From the NCBI GenBank assembly GCA_028534125.1, contig CM052832.1, positions 20,710,001 through 20,774,000 on the forward strand: a stretch of DNA of 64,000 bases, in the 5' to 3' direction. The translations under genes were made by a program, and so were the position numbers. Below, one piece after another: positions 51,411-64,000 of the stretch. Numbering within the stretch: position 1 is the first letter of the stretch; each line of letters begins with the position of its first letter. The DNA is from Lama glama (lineage: Eukaryota). A model generated the notes under the pieces. The model searched no databases and was not told the DNA's origin. It was given only the letters and a program-made list of their open reading frames with translations.

Positions 51411-51815
51411 AATGGACTCTGTAGAGATGTCAAAATCTAAAGACAATTTATCAAAGTTTCTGCTCTTCATTTCAAAGACAATCACAAGAAAATCCATCCC
51501 TACCATTGAGAAGTTCCTATTAAAATCTGTCACAAACAGCAGAGGCTAGCATTACAAATAAGACTATTAACAGCTTATTTTGGAATCACCGCAAATTATG
51601 ATGGGTCAAGTCATTAGATTCAAAGAATTAGGTAATTCTTAATCATGCTAGTCATGCTCCCAAGAAGACTGAATTCTCAGGATTCTTTATGAAAGCCGGC
51701 CACATACTGTCAGCCAACTTTTACAGCGTTAGGACAGAAAATGTAAGTGCTAGGAAACTGCCATGGACCCCAGTAGCATGAGCTTTACTGAACTGTCTAA
51801 AAATTGTTAGGATAC

Positions 51816-52116
51816 TGTCGTAGTCTTTCCGAGCTGCTCTACCAAAGTACCAGAGACTGACAAACAACAGACACTGATTTCAACAGCATGGTCAGGGGAG
51901 GCCCTCTTCCGGTCTCACACTTCTCACTGAGGTGTCACATGGTGGAAGGGGGCTAGGGAGCTCTGTGCACCTCATATATAAAGGCACTAATCTCATTCAT
52001 GAGGCTCCACCCTCATGACTTAATCACCTTGCAAAGGCCTCACCTATGGATACCATCACCTCTTGGGGGTTAGGATTTCAACATGAAATTTCAAGGGGGA
52101 CCCAAAGACCACAGCA
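51816..52116 (-). mobile_element. MLT1A/MLT1A0 MaLR LTR, about 400 bp after the PRL polyA signal
   Basis: ggcactaatctcattcatgaggctccaccctcatgacttaatcacc...ggttaggatttcaacatgaa...agaccacagca. Confidence 0.85.
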
Positions 52117-54449
52117 AACACAAACGTGAAATGGCTTTATCCTCCCTGCCTTCAGCCATGCTCTGCCGGATTCCTATCAACTCAGTGCCATCTTGTACAT
52201 ATTTCATACGTTCTAGTCCCTCTGGGTTTCACAAGCCCAGTCCAGTCAAGTTTCAATTCCATCTCACATTCGACCTACTTAATGTGTTCCTCTCCTCTAC
52301 TGAGGCTCAAGGAACCTCCCAGGGAGAGCAGATGCAGTCAATTTCTGCAAGGCTTCTTCTCCCTCCCTAATCAAGATCCTCATTCCTCTGGCTGTGCTGG
52401 AATGGGACAGAGGATAAGGAGAGACGGAAACACCCTGACATCACAGACTTACGTAGAGCTACTGCAGCCTTCTCACAGCCAACAGTGACCCATCTGGAAT
52501 TCCCTGGGAGTGACAAGTGTCTCTGTTGTGGGGCACCTTGTGATTTTCCAGGACGTTCACCAGTCGGGAATAACTTACTGCATAGTTTTTTGTTTGTTTT
52601 CTTTTTACCAGGGGAAACATTCTGGCACCTCCCAGTCTCTGCTGCTGGGCCCTCACTCTACAAATACCCTACTGGAGAGAATTACCTGGCTTAAGGTCAG
52701 CTGTCTACTAGCTCTCTCACAGGAAAGTCATACACCATAACCACTCCAAACAACTGAATGGCAATAATATTGGCGTGCATCTGACCCCATCCCGGGATCG
52801 CAGGACAATTCTCTTGTCTTTCTGGTCACAGAGACACAGAAAGTTGGATTCATAAAAAGACATTCATCTGAGGAGTGAGGTGCCATTCTCTCCTTCTTTT
52901 GGACCAATGAGTAATTATCTTTGTCAATTAGATTGTTGGCCTTAGAAACATTCCTTACAAGGACCCTGAATTGCAAAAGCCTCCTCATCTACTTAGTCCC
53001 TTGTTTATTGAGATGGAGAGAGGTGACTGGATTAGTGTAGCTCAGCTTGTTCAACTGCCTCTGCACAATCTGGAATGAGGCCCAATCTCTGCTAGCTCTC
53101 CTGGGAAGGCAGTGGTATTGCCAGGCTGTCTCTGCAGCACCTTTAAGGCTTTGGCAGGAATCCCTAGGCAACAGGCAATGGGAAATAGCCCATCCAACAT
53201 CCTGATGGAGACAAAATTAAAAGGTAGACAGGAAGGAGGATGAAGAGAAAGGAAAGAGGAGGGAAATGGAAGGAAGGAAAAAGAAGTACAAGCCTTGGCT
53301 TGTGAAGGAGAAGATGCTATTAGAATACTGTATTTGGTGAAGACCCAAATACGTTTGCTTTCATTTTTATCCCCTAAGAGCAAATATCATCTCTTATTCT
53401 CCTTTTACTTCCATTTCCTCTCCTCTCTTCCTTTACTACAATTTTCCCTTGTATTAGGACTATTCTTTACTGTTACTAATTGACTTGCCATAGCTCTAGA
53501 AATGAACAAAACTGGACACCTCCTAGGATCAGAATTCAAGGCAAGAAAATTGTCTTTGTCACACAAAGAAAGCTTTCACACACGTATAGGAACACTGTCC
53601 TGCAAAACCAACCTTTTCCTTCAGAGCCAGGGTTATTCAGTCTAAGAGGCTCCTGTCTCTAGCTGTGATGACCCAAACCTTTCAGAACACAACAGAATAC
53701 TCTCCCCCCAAACCAATCTATCAACCCCTCCCTTTGCTCCTGCATGCATGCAAAATGTCAGCTCTCTCATATTTCTGCTTTCTTCTTTTAAAAGGCAGAA
53801 GACTATGGGGGGAGAAAAAACCTGTATGCACTTTCTAACTCATTTATTGCTGGAAATATCTAATTCTATTGTGTTACCCACTTAACTTTCCGTCAATGTC
53901 GAGATATTTCCAACAGAGAGGATGGTATTTATCAGAGGTGAAATCTGGCAATAAGGGGGACAATGCAGTTGTAGGAAACATACATTCACCACTAGCCCCC
54001 ACACACCTCCATGTATTCTTCTCCTAAAAAGTTTATTTCAAGCATAAACTTAAGACTTCAGAAAAACAACCGAGGTGGTGATATTGAAAGGCCTCTCCCT
54101 GATTGACTGTGACATATAAACTGAATACTGGAGATTTCAGACAATACTGAGCAGAGCCATAGGTGTTCTGTAGAGTCAGCAAGGGGTAGCTGAGAAGAGG
54201 ATATTTGGAAAGTATACAGCAATCACTCCCCTGCCAACCAGAGTGAGTCTGCTGTTTCCCTCTTTACAGATTTCCATGTAAGATTACACGTGAAGAAATG
54301 GCCCTGCTATAGTAAGAACAGTGGCAGTGGTTACCAAACAGACACAGACAAACGAAAACCCTGGAAGTTCACAGATCTCACAGATGAGCAAATCGCATGT
54401 GATGGATACAACAAGAACTTACATCGAGGTTAAAACAAAAAACTCAACT

Positions 54450-55350
54450 TTCCAAAAGTTGGCTCTCAAACTGTGGAGAGAGGGTGGCATAAACATGTAA
54501 ATTACTATATTATATGAAAGAGAAAAGTCAGCATAAGAGGTGATGCCAAACAAAGTGCTACAGTGAATCAAAGGACAGCTAGAAGATACCTGGATGGGAG
54601 AACAAGGAGGTTTTTTTGGAATGACACAATTGTGGTGGCTTTATGATGGAGCTGTGATGGGATACTGATGGGCAAAAATAGGAAGACAGCCCATCTGCCA
54701 ATTCACTGAGAATCATTTTATGATGTATCTCCTATACCCTGGGCAAAAGGAACTGAGATAGTAAGACTTAACAGCATTTTAAGGTATCAGTGAATAATCA
54801 AGTGCGACCAAAACATAAGAAATGTTTATTTTTTTAAAGAGACATGTGATATCTCTCTTTAGTATGCTCCCATGATATGCTATACTCATTACTGTAGGGT
54901 AATAATGGGGAAAATCTTGTAAGGATGTTTTTCACATCGTGGAGGATCATTTATACCAATTTGGAGAGTTTGTATTTATTCTACAAGGCAACAGGAAACC
55001 GGAAAATTATAGTAGGAGAGAGCAGTATGTCCAGAATTGGAAAATAAAAACATTAACCTGGTTTGAAGGGTTGTGGGAGTGTGGGACTAGTAGAGAAAAA
55101 ACAGCAGTCCAGAGACAGGTAGGAATATTATTATGAAGCTAAAAGAAAATCAAAGAGGGCTCTGTCAAGTGAAAAGAAGCAAAGAATGCGAGAGATGTGG
55201 GAAAAGAAATGGGCCTTAAATAGACATAGGGAAGGAGGCAGACGAAAGAGTCAGAAAGGCATCCAAAAACATGGAACTAGATGAGTAAGTAAAGGGGAAA
55301 TTCAGACAGAAGAGAGGAGATAAATTAAGGTTTTGTCCAAGTGCATCTAA
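54450..55350 (-). mobile_element. Degraded L2 fragments
   Basis: Purine-rich reverse-L2 signature (ggagagtttgtatttattct...ggaaacc). Confidence 0.4.
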
Positions 55351-56245
55351 ATTTTACTTTCTCGTAGTTCCTTGACTTTGCACCAGAAACCATCAAAAAT
55401 GTTAGTTACGTTAGCAAATCACAGAAATAACACTCAAGAGCCCCTCCTAGACTCTATCAAATACCAGAGCCAAAGCATCACTACCCAGTAATAACAAGCA
55501 GTAAGTCAGCAGTCTCTTTCACCACTCAAATAAGACACACATTGTAAAGCACAGTGGATGAATGGAAATAAAATGCAAACAATCCATTTCTTTACAGAGC
55601 CAGCCAGACCCCAAACCTAAACAGACCGTAAGTAATGTTCTCTTTCAACATCTGTCCACGTTCTCCAAGACTTTCTCATTCTTTTTCCTGAATCCATCCC
55701 TGTTTACTATCCCTTCATTGTCTTACCCTAAGCAGATGGTCAGCTGATCACGAATCAAACAAATAATTAAAAAGCGTCCATTCCTAAGATAATATTCATA
55801 TTGAAGGACCCTTGAAACTGGAAAGCTTTCTAATTCCCTGAAAATAAAACTCTAACATTGGAATGACTCCTTCCCAGCCTCGTCCCAAAATGCCCAGTGG
55901 GTAGCCAGCTGCGAATCCGCTACTCAGTAATCTTCTGCAGTAATTATAACCTACTCGGGTAGGAAAGATAGGGAAGACAAATGAGGCACTGAAAGACATT
56001 CAGAAAGTAACGCATGGACAAGTGGAAAAGATAACATATGTTTTAAAAACAGCTACGCTTACACACCATACCAGTGAGATGGGAGCCAGGTGGGCCTAAT
56101 CCGGGGCGTGGGGGGGATTTTTCAAGAAAGCTCTATATGAATTGGCACTAAGACTTATTCTGCTCCGTTTATACATGATTCTTCGATTCTAAGACTCAGA
56201 GCCACTTGTCCCACTTAACTGCATTAAGTCAAAAGAAGAATATAC

Positions 56246-56523
56246 TTAACAGTGTATTTGAAAGTTGCTAAAAGGTCTTAAAAGTTCTTATCACAAGAAA
56301 AAATATAACCATATAGTGACGAATGTTGACTAGACTTATTGTGATCATTCTGCAATATATGCAAATATCAAATCATTATATTGTGTACCTGAAACTAATA
56401 TAATGTTATATGTCAGTGTTAGTAATAAGTAATGATTATATAATCATTATGCTGTATACCTAAAACAAATACATATATATATATATATATATACACTAAT
56501 ATATATGTAAAGTGTTTTTAAAG
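56246..56523 (+). mobile_element. L1MA9/10-like 3' end with a (TA)n tail
   Basis: gtatttgaaagttgctaa...ctagacttattgtgatcatt...tacctgaaactaatataatg; TSD core gaatatac at 56238-56245 and 56524-56531. Confidence 0.75.
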
Positions 56524-56764
56524 GAATATACGTATATTTTGGATTAAAAAAGCAAATCAACTAATAGTTTTTTTTCCCCAAAGATACATTCTAACTAGCA
56601 TATTGGGTCTAAAACCTTATCTCCTAAAGTAGTTTATGTTTATGCTAATAAAGAAAACAGAAAAGTGTCTAACCTTGTAACATGAACTGCAGAACAGTTT
56701 AGCTGCAGTAGCTACTAAAAACCACTCAATCCTAAAACTGATATGCCAGCCCAGTATCCTGCTA

Positions 56765-57060
56765 TTGGTCATTTAACAAATATTTTGTTAATTTCCACTT
56801 GACTCAAGCACTATTGTAGGTGCTCAGTTTACAAAAATGAGCAAAGCAGGTAGACACTTATCCATGTGGAACTTACATTCTAGCTGGGGGAAGACAGACA
56901 ACCCACCGTAAACATGAATACAAGTATATTATGTAGTATGTTAACACACCAGCTGTGTTATGGAAAAAGAAACAGTAAAGCAAAGTGAGGAGTTCAGGGA
57001 GTACTGGTGAAGGCAGGAAAGTGATTCTGAATGACAGGTTAGAGCTCACTGAGAGCAGCA
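56765..57060 (-). mobile_element. L2 3' end
   Basis: tcatttaacaaatattt...gcactattgtaggtgct...ggaacttacattctagctggggg. Confidence 0.65.
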
Positions 57061-58119
57061 ACAGCCGACTTCCTCTGTTAAATCATGCAAACCCATGCTC
57101 TCCTGCACACCCAGACCCAAGCTCTGCCCTGTCCAAGCAGATGTCTTTCTCTTCCGCACAACTTAAAAAAATGTTTCCATCTCTGAGGCTTTACGCAAAC
57201 TCACGCAAACATGAATGTTCTAAACATTCTGTCTCTCTTCAGTTGAATTGAAAGATGATATAAATTATCTTAGAGTCAACTCCCCCAAAGTAACTTTTTA
57301 TGCAGAAAATTGATACTTTCCCATTTCCCAAAGGACTAATCTCCAAATTACTTTCATTTTACACTAGACTATCAGTGCTCAAAATCAGATGATGTAAAAA
57401 TATTATATTCATTTATTGTTATTCTAAGTTATTGTGACATTTAAAAATATACGCAAAATGCAACTTAAATGACAGATAAAAATAAACAGAAATGCTAATA
57501 TTTCCTTCCCAAAAGGATGAGGACAGTCACTTTTAAGATCACTGGACTAATGGATTCTGTACGCACACACACAATTATACTACAGTTGTTTAACTCACAT
57601 AATAAAATAATTTCTTTTACATACAATTTAAATCAGAGCTCTCAGAATGCCACAAGGGGTTGGGAATAAAATTATATGTGAATATCTCTCTTCATATGCA
57701 TACATAAAATTTTGTAAGCTCAATTAAGTAATTACCATTAGTCCTTTTATTATTCCATCAATTCATCGACCGCTAAATAATCCAAATTTTACAATAGATT
57801 TCTTTTCTTCAAGGGCTTAAATCTAAGTCATGCCAAAACCTGAGCAATGGCCTGTAAAAACAGTTCCAAATGTAATGTGGATATCATTATATATATCCAT
57901 TTGTAAAGAGAATTAACAAAGAAATACAAAGGATGTAAAGTTGGATGAAGCAGCAAGTGTACTCACTCAGAGGCGAATGTGCTTCTCATCTAGTGTACTT
58001 TCTCAGCTCCCCGTGTCTTCCAAAGAGAAAGGGCTCCAGGACCCCCACCCCCTCTGCCTACCGTGGGGTCTTTTCCACCTTCCTCCACAACCTCATTCAC
58101 CGAAATGTCTTCCCAAGGT

Positions 58120-58790
58120 GTAAACCGGACCTCAGACTTCTGGCCCAGACAGGATGGCTTGGATCAGTCTGTGACCACTCCGATTCTGGAAATAACCAAA
58201 GGTCACTAAAGGAGACCTCTGACAGTTGGTAAGAAGAAGGTGAACTAGTTTTGGGACCTGAAGGAGCAACACAGCAGCATCTAACAGCAGAAGGCAAAAC
58301 CCAGGCCTAGACTGTCCTGACCTCCAACCTAACATCATAAGGTAGCCTGAGTAGGGCCATTCCTCCCCAGGACTGAATCTGAACGGACACCAGGTGAGCT
58401 GGGCAAATCAGCAAGGGGGACGGATGGGGAGAAGCACTCCCCCGGGGAAGACTCCGAGGCTGCCACACACGGCACAGCAAGAGATAACGCACAAGCAACT
58501 GGGTACTGGAAGCCTATTCACCCCCTTGCCTGTGACTCCCGTCCAGGGGGCGCCTGTAAGGCGATCCCACCACGGCAAGCAGGCCAGCCTAGGAAGCACT
58601 CTTGGTCCCCCACAGCAGGGAAGATCCTGTCAGAACAAGTACCTGGCGGGGAAGCCTCCACCAGCCTCAAACTCCCTTCCACAATGGGGATACAAGGGTG
58701 AGTAGGTAGACCCAACTGATGGGATCCAACCACCCAGGCAGCAGGGCCTGAAAACTCTCTTTATCCCCAAGAGCCTAAAACTTGCTGCCT
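58120..58790 (+). mobile_element. GC-richer old L1 5'UTR fragment (L1M2/M3-like)
   Basis: ctggaaataaccaaagg...aggcaaaacccaggcctagac...ggtagcctgagtagggccattcctcccc; explains the cluster of short ORFs in the track. Confidence 0.45.
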
Positions 58791-58959
58791 CTGCCCAGAA
58801 ACAAAAACATAAATACAGATACATACCACAGATCAGGTAAAAAAGTTGTTTAAAAAAATCAATGATTCAGATTTCTTCTCTTTGCATTTTATATAATTTT
58901 GTAGATATTTCAGCTAATATTCTTGGCATATAAAAGGTTTTTTTTTTAACCCAGATAAT

Positions 58960-59160
58960 TACCCACTGGGATTCATTGGATATGTAGAAAAGGAAGGAAC
59001 CCTGGAAATCAACTAGACAATCCTCCCATTTTAGAGATATATTTTAAAAAATACAAGAATAATTAAGTCGCTTACCTAAACTCCTAAAATTAGATGGCAA
59101 AAGTAGAAATAGAAACAAAGTTTCCTAAGTTTACTCCAATGTGCTTTCCAATAAATTTGA
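58960..59160 (-). mobile_element. MIR
   Basis: ggaaccctggaaatcaactag...cccattttagagat...aattaagtcgcttacctaa. Confidence 0.55.
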
Positions 59161-61779
59161 CTGTCTCTTTGAAATTCTACTTTTCAAGTAAACACAGTTT
59201 TGGGCATATACTGCCGCAAATCTTGCTCTCTCTCATATATCTATTTACCTTAAAACTTTAAGTATGCTATAAGCATATGTGCTTTAAACTTCAGAGGTAA
59301 AGTTGCAATGAACAAATAAATGCTATACCTTAAGCAGCCTGGAAACCAGAATTCAACAGTAGATATTGACAAAGGTCACGTTTGCCATGGTGACCTTGGG
59401 CCCAGTAAATTGCATCTTTCGGAAATTGCAAAAATAAAAACTGAATAGTTCAGCTATTTCTAAAAAGTCTCATTAATTTTATTCACATTTGGTGTAAGTT
59501 ACACTCCTTTAATCACCAAATAAATTCTCCTACATGACTACTAAATTTCCATAGATCCCTAATGTCTGTATCCGTGACCGTGTCTTCCTAGGTTACACAA
59601 TTACCAGCAAAGCTCCTGCAGGCAGGTTCATATAGCATCCATGAACTCAGCCAAACATCACATACCACATGTCAATATTTCTGCTTATATGTCCTAAATG
59701 TATTTTCAAACAATTTTTATTTGGAAGCTAAAGTGACTATCAAACAACATTTTGAAAACATGGGCTCTATGCCTGTGTTTATAGATGTCCCTCCATAATT
59801 GAACAGAGGGGAAAAATGTACTTTTTATGGGAGTAATTTTTTCTCTTTTCCCCCCATTTATTCATCTGGGAAGAGGAAATGAAAAAATACGAGCCATGGC
59901 ATTGAACATACTGTAAACTGCATCTATTTCTGGTGGGCAGCAGACCTATGCACTGCCTTTAGAGTGGTGTGGGATAAACTCACTGCTTGCATTTGCTTTT
60001 TGCTTAGGCTAGGACTCCGTGTGGCATATTTCTCTAAAGTGACAGCAATGTGCACAAAGACAATATAGAGAATAAAGCAGATGCCAAAAGCAGGGTGAAC
60101 CCAAACTAATAGAATAACATCGTTATAATTTTTCAGCCTTCCTTTACAGGACTAAGCTGGCCTTGAGTGATACCTCACAGACTTTCAAATCCCATGTACT
60201 GTCTCAGAGCAAGAAACAAGGACATTCTATGAACACTGGAGGACAAGTCAGCTGCAGCCCTGACTGAACAGGAGGTGCAGTTAAAGAAGAAAGGAAAGCG
60301 ACCCTGAGAAAATAAGTTCTTGGCTCCTAAAAACAGTTATCTGAACACACATTAAAAGAAGTCATTTCAACAGTGTGAAATAAATGCTTGGTATCTTGAA
60401 AATAAAATATTCATTTTGTATACCCAGTTATCAATTTTGGTTACTATTACAATAAAATGGAAAACAGAATAAAGGACACAGCTTTTACTGGGGAAAAAAA
60501 CCCTTATAACTTTACAAGGGCCTAAAGAGAAGGGTGCCATGGGAAGGCAGGGGTGCAGAAGGCAGAGAAGAATGTGCAAAGCGGAGATCACGTCAGCTTC
60601 GAGGAATGGACTGGATCCCGTTCTGAACTCAGAGAAGGAGAGAAGTGTATCTCCTCTGTTTACTCCTTGCAAACCAAATGTCAGAACTTAAGGAAACATC
60701 ACTACTATAACCTTTCAGCTTCAAGAATAAAGAAATAAATTTCTGTGAACTGGTACTTGAAACCAATCACCATGTTAAGCCTACTTCTATTGCAAATGAG
60801 TTCAAAATGGCTTACAAATGAACTTTTGGAACAAAATCTTTCCTAGGTAAGTGATTTCCTATAAAGAGCCAAGGGAAAAATTATCCCAGGAACCAACTTT
60901 CCTATGTTGAGGAAAACAAAGTTGTAGCAAGAGATAGGTTAAAATTTTAAATTATTCCAAGTCACCAAATCATACACTTTGGATAAAAAAATGTAGCCGT
61001 ATACAGTGATGGTTTAATAAAGACTATGCTACATATTAACCTAAACCCCAGTGTTAACAACATCATATGCATAATAACTACATTCAAATTTATGCAAAAC
61101 ATTAGTTTATTGGTAGGTAGTGAGGCTAGAGGACTGAGGCTTGGAAAATAAATTGTTTAAATGAGTTAATTACTTCCAGTATGATTAGCTCTTCCAGTTT
61201 TAGTGATTAACATTCTTATCTATAATAATGACAAATCACTGATTGATTTCCCCATTTTAAAATATTGTGGGGACTACTCTGAAATTACTCCTTTTATTAT
61301 TTGTTAATTTATTCATGTGTTTATTACCTACCTCTCTGACTAGAGTATAATTTCCATGAGGGCAGGCACTTCATATTGGCCACAGAAGAGGGAATGAATG
61401 AATAAATGGATGGATGATACAATAAAACTATTTTCATAGGTCCATCTTACTCAAAAAGTATAAATGCTAAAGCTACAAATAGGGTATTCGAATCTGTGGC
61501 TAATCTGTTAGTTAAAACAGAATAATCTGGAATTTGAATTATTTCCAAATTTCTTTTAATTATCAGTAAATCATTAGCTTGTAAATTCACTTACCAACAT
61601 GGTAACTATCTCATTCTCTACAAAAAAAATATATATATATATATATATGTGTATATATATACAAAAACAGGTTCAATAATACTTTTCTAAATACAACCCT
61701 ACAAGGTGAATACTAAGGAAAATAAATCTAAGCCACTAGGTTGGTAACTAAAGACCAACACTGTCTAATAGAGGAAGGT

Positions 61780-62680
61780 CTTGGCTTGAGTCAGGAGATC
61801 AAGACTCTAGTCTAAACATTCACGTACTAGTTGTGGAACTCCTATAGCCATGTGACCTCTCTTGAGCTAAAACCTCATCTGTAAAATGTCAAGACTGCAT
61901 ATGATTACTAAGACTTATTCTAGCTTTAAAAGTCTATCAGGGCATGAGATTATTAGCCAGAGGAAATTTATACCATGGCTATCTACGTAATAATAATAGA
62001 TAACACATATACTTCTTACCAAGTGCCAATCAGTCTTCCAAGCACCTACCATTGATTAACATGCAACATCTGCACACACAAAAAAAAAAAAGCCTATGAC
62101 GTAGCTTTCATCCTCCCCATTTACTTCTGGACACTGAGACCAAGACCAGTTAGGTGACATTCTCAAGGTCCCCACAGAAAAGACTTGCACAGCTTATAAC
62201 CCAAGTGACCTGCTCTCTGGCTGCCTCTCATCCTCCTGGCTCTCCACTTGTGACATTTCTGTGGTCAAACCACAAAGGACTTCTCCCTGGACCCTGAGCA
62301 TGCAAACCTGCTCCCATTTCAGATCCTTTGCACTAGTTATTCTCTTCGCCTGGAGGATTCTTTCCCCACATCTCTGCATGGCTGGTTCCCTCATCGTTCA
62401 GGTCTTGTATCAAAGGTCCCTGGCCTGTCCCATCCCTCTGACCAGAATCATCACCACATTTAGCCACCTCTTTTTCTGCATAGCATCCACAACCATCTGA
62501 AATGATCTCATCTGTTTGTTTATTAATTCATTAGTGTGTTTATTATGTCTTTCCTGACTAGAATATAAGTTCCACGAGGACAGAGATTTTGAATTTTCAT
62601 CACTACATCCTCAATACCTAAAACAGCACAGGGTCCAGAGTCGTAGACAGTAGGAATAGAGGGTGAGTGTCAATGAGTGA
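61780..62680. mobile_element. Cluster of MIR(+) about 61780-61940, MIR(-) about 61990-62210 and L2a(+) about 62220-62680
   Basis: cctcatctgtaaaatg; cactgagaccaag...ctcaaggtc; ctagaatataagttccacgaggacagaga. Confidence 0.6.
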
Positions 62681-63877
62681 TAAACTGATCAAGATGATTT
62701 TCCCACATTCTTCTCGGTTAGTCAAAAAGTCTGACTGCTCAAGTGACTCACAGGATTTACTGAATCACTGTTACCCCATTTAAGTGAGAAGTATCTTCAG
62801 ACACAGGAGAAATGAGTTTACTGACAATGTTTAGTAACAGCATTTCTCAGAATTTCTGCTTTACTGTTGACTCCTATCAAGAAAATTATGTAACATTTCA
62901 TTTTTTTAATTAAATGAGTGTATTTATATCAGAGAAGAGTTCAGATCTTTTACTAAATCACTCAAGAAACTGAGTGACAATTTGAGTCATCAAAAACGTT
63001 AAGCTCACAGAATCTAATCCTTCCAAGAACACTTAAATTTTATATTAAAATCTATATGCGCAAAGAGCACAGCACAAGTGACATGCAACAGTAACCGTGT
63101 TTCACGCCCTCCCTGGGGAAGGCGGTAAAATACCGTTTTTTCAGTACAGAAAAATCCTGCAGAGGGAAGAATGAGCCAATCTTGAGCACAGTCTGACCGC
63201 ACATGGGTGCAGCTTAAAGAACACAGGGGTCCTTAGACTCGGAGGACGTGTAACAATGAAAGGTCAAGGCCTTTACTGTTCTCAAAAGTCTCACAATCAC
63301 TTCCATAAATTATTTAAGGGAGCTTTCAAAATCCATACGCCACACTAAGAGAAGATAAAATAAAAACTAAGAGGATAAAAAATGGAATCAAGGGGAAATG
63401 ACAATAGAAGAAATGGGTTAAAGACAAGACTAAAGTGAATACACAAGCTGCCTGTGGATCCAGACCTTTGCTAGGAGAAGGTCCTATGTTGACCCTACCT
63501 TTTCTGGCATCCAGGGCAAGGGGGCCTTGGGGGACAGAGCCAGGGAGCTGAGGATTCAGATGTGGCCCAATCAGGTACCTTATTCCTAGCACAGGTTGGC
63601 GGGGGTGGAATGGGGCCCAGGACAGATTCTGCAATTTTTGAAATGTAAGAGAGTCTTGCCCCATGAATCCTCATAAAGATGATACCGGGTGATGAAATAA
63701 ACCCAACAGCATTCTTACACTAAATGCAGGAGCATGCTTCATAAGACCATTTCTTATAAAATTACTCACTCCAGGCAGGGGCATTGCACTAAAGCAATTC
63801 AGTAAAGGCAATTATACGAGGGGCCAACAGCAATAAGCAATTAACGTAGTTAATGCAGCTGGACTCATGTCCTTCCA

Positions 63878-63938
63878 GTGGTGGGTGGGTGTGTGGGTGG
63901 GTGTGTGTGTGTGTGGGTGGGTGTGGGTGTGTGTGTGT
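63878..63938 (+). repeat. (GT)n/(GGGT)n compound microsatellite
   Basis: gtgggtgggtgtgtgggtgggtgtgtgtgt... Confidence 0.9.
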
Positions 63939-64000
63939 TTATAAATATACTTTTGTTCAACTGAGCTTTTCATAAAATTGGAGCAGCAGGGAGCTTCAGG

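Noticed and set aside
51117..51433. ORFs 51117..51362 (+) and 51221..51433 (-)
   Set aside because: Wrong-frame and antisense shadows of exon 5; the true frame starts at acceptor 51095.
57941..58824. Dense cluster of short ORFs on both strands
   Set aside because: Coincides with a GC-richer, probably L1 5'UTR-derived segment; no protein homology recognised.
1..64000. Prokaryotic-style systems (CRISPR arrays, operons, defence islands), rRNA or tRNA genes
   Set aside because: The DNA is clearly mammalian (spliced PRL, L1, MIR, MER repeats). I saw no regularly spaced repeat-spacer arrays or structured RNA genes.

Overview
AT-rich, CpG-depleted mammalian genomic DNA with one intact protein-coding gene, prolactin (PRL), on the + strand. 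Its five coding exons are join(43009..43036,45342..45523,46592..46699,48751..48930,51095..51286): 690 nt, a 229-aa precursor with a 30-aa signal peptide and 199-aa mature hormone, all introns GT-AG. The protein ([33 protein letters not shown]) and a lineage-type L1 3' end suggest a camelid (camel, alpaca or llama); this is from recall, not a search. The pituitary promoter (TATA, Pit-1, Ets, Pitx sites), a likely distal enhancer and the polyA signal are recognisable. The rest is intergenic sequence with L1, L2, MIR, MLT1, LTR33, ERV1-type LTR, Tigger6, MER2, MER3, MER5, MER20 and MER58 remnants and microsatellites. I found no prokaryote-type or clearly new biological system. The best leads are a TSD-flanked, ORF-less L1 5'UTR-to-3'-end fusion element, a twin-primed inverted L1, two oppositely oriented MER20 copies bracketing the PRL promoter, apparent Ets and ERE substitutions in PRL regulatory DNA, and an intact solo LTR. 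Repeat family names come from remembered consensus sequences and need RepeatMasker/Dfam confirmation.
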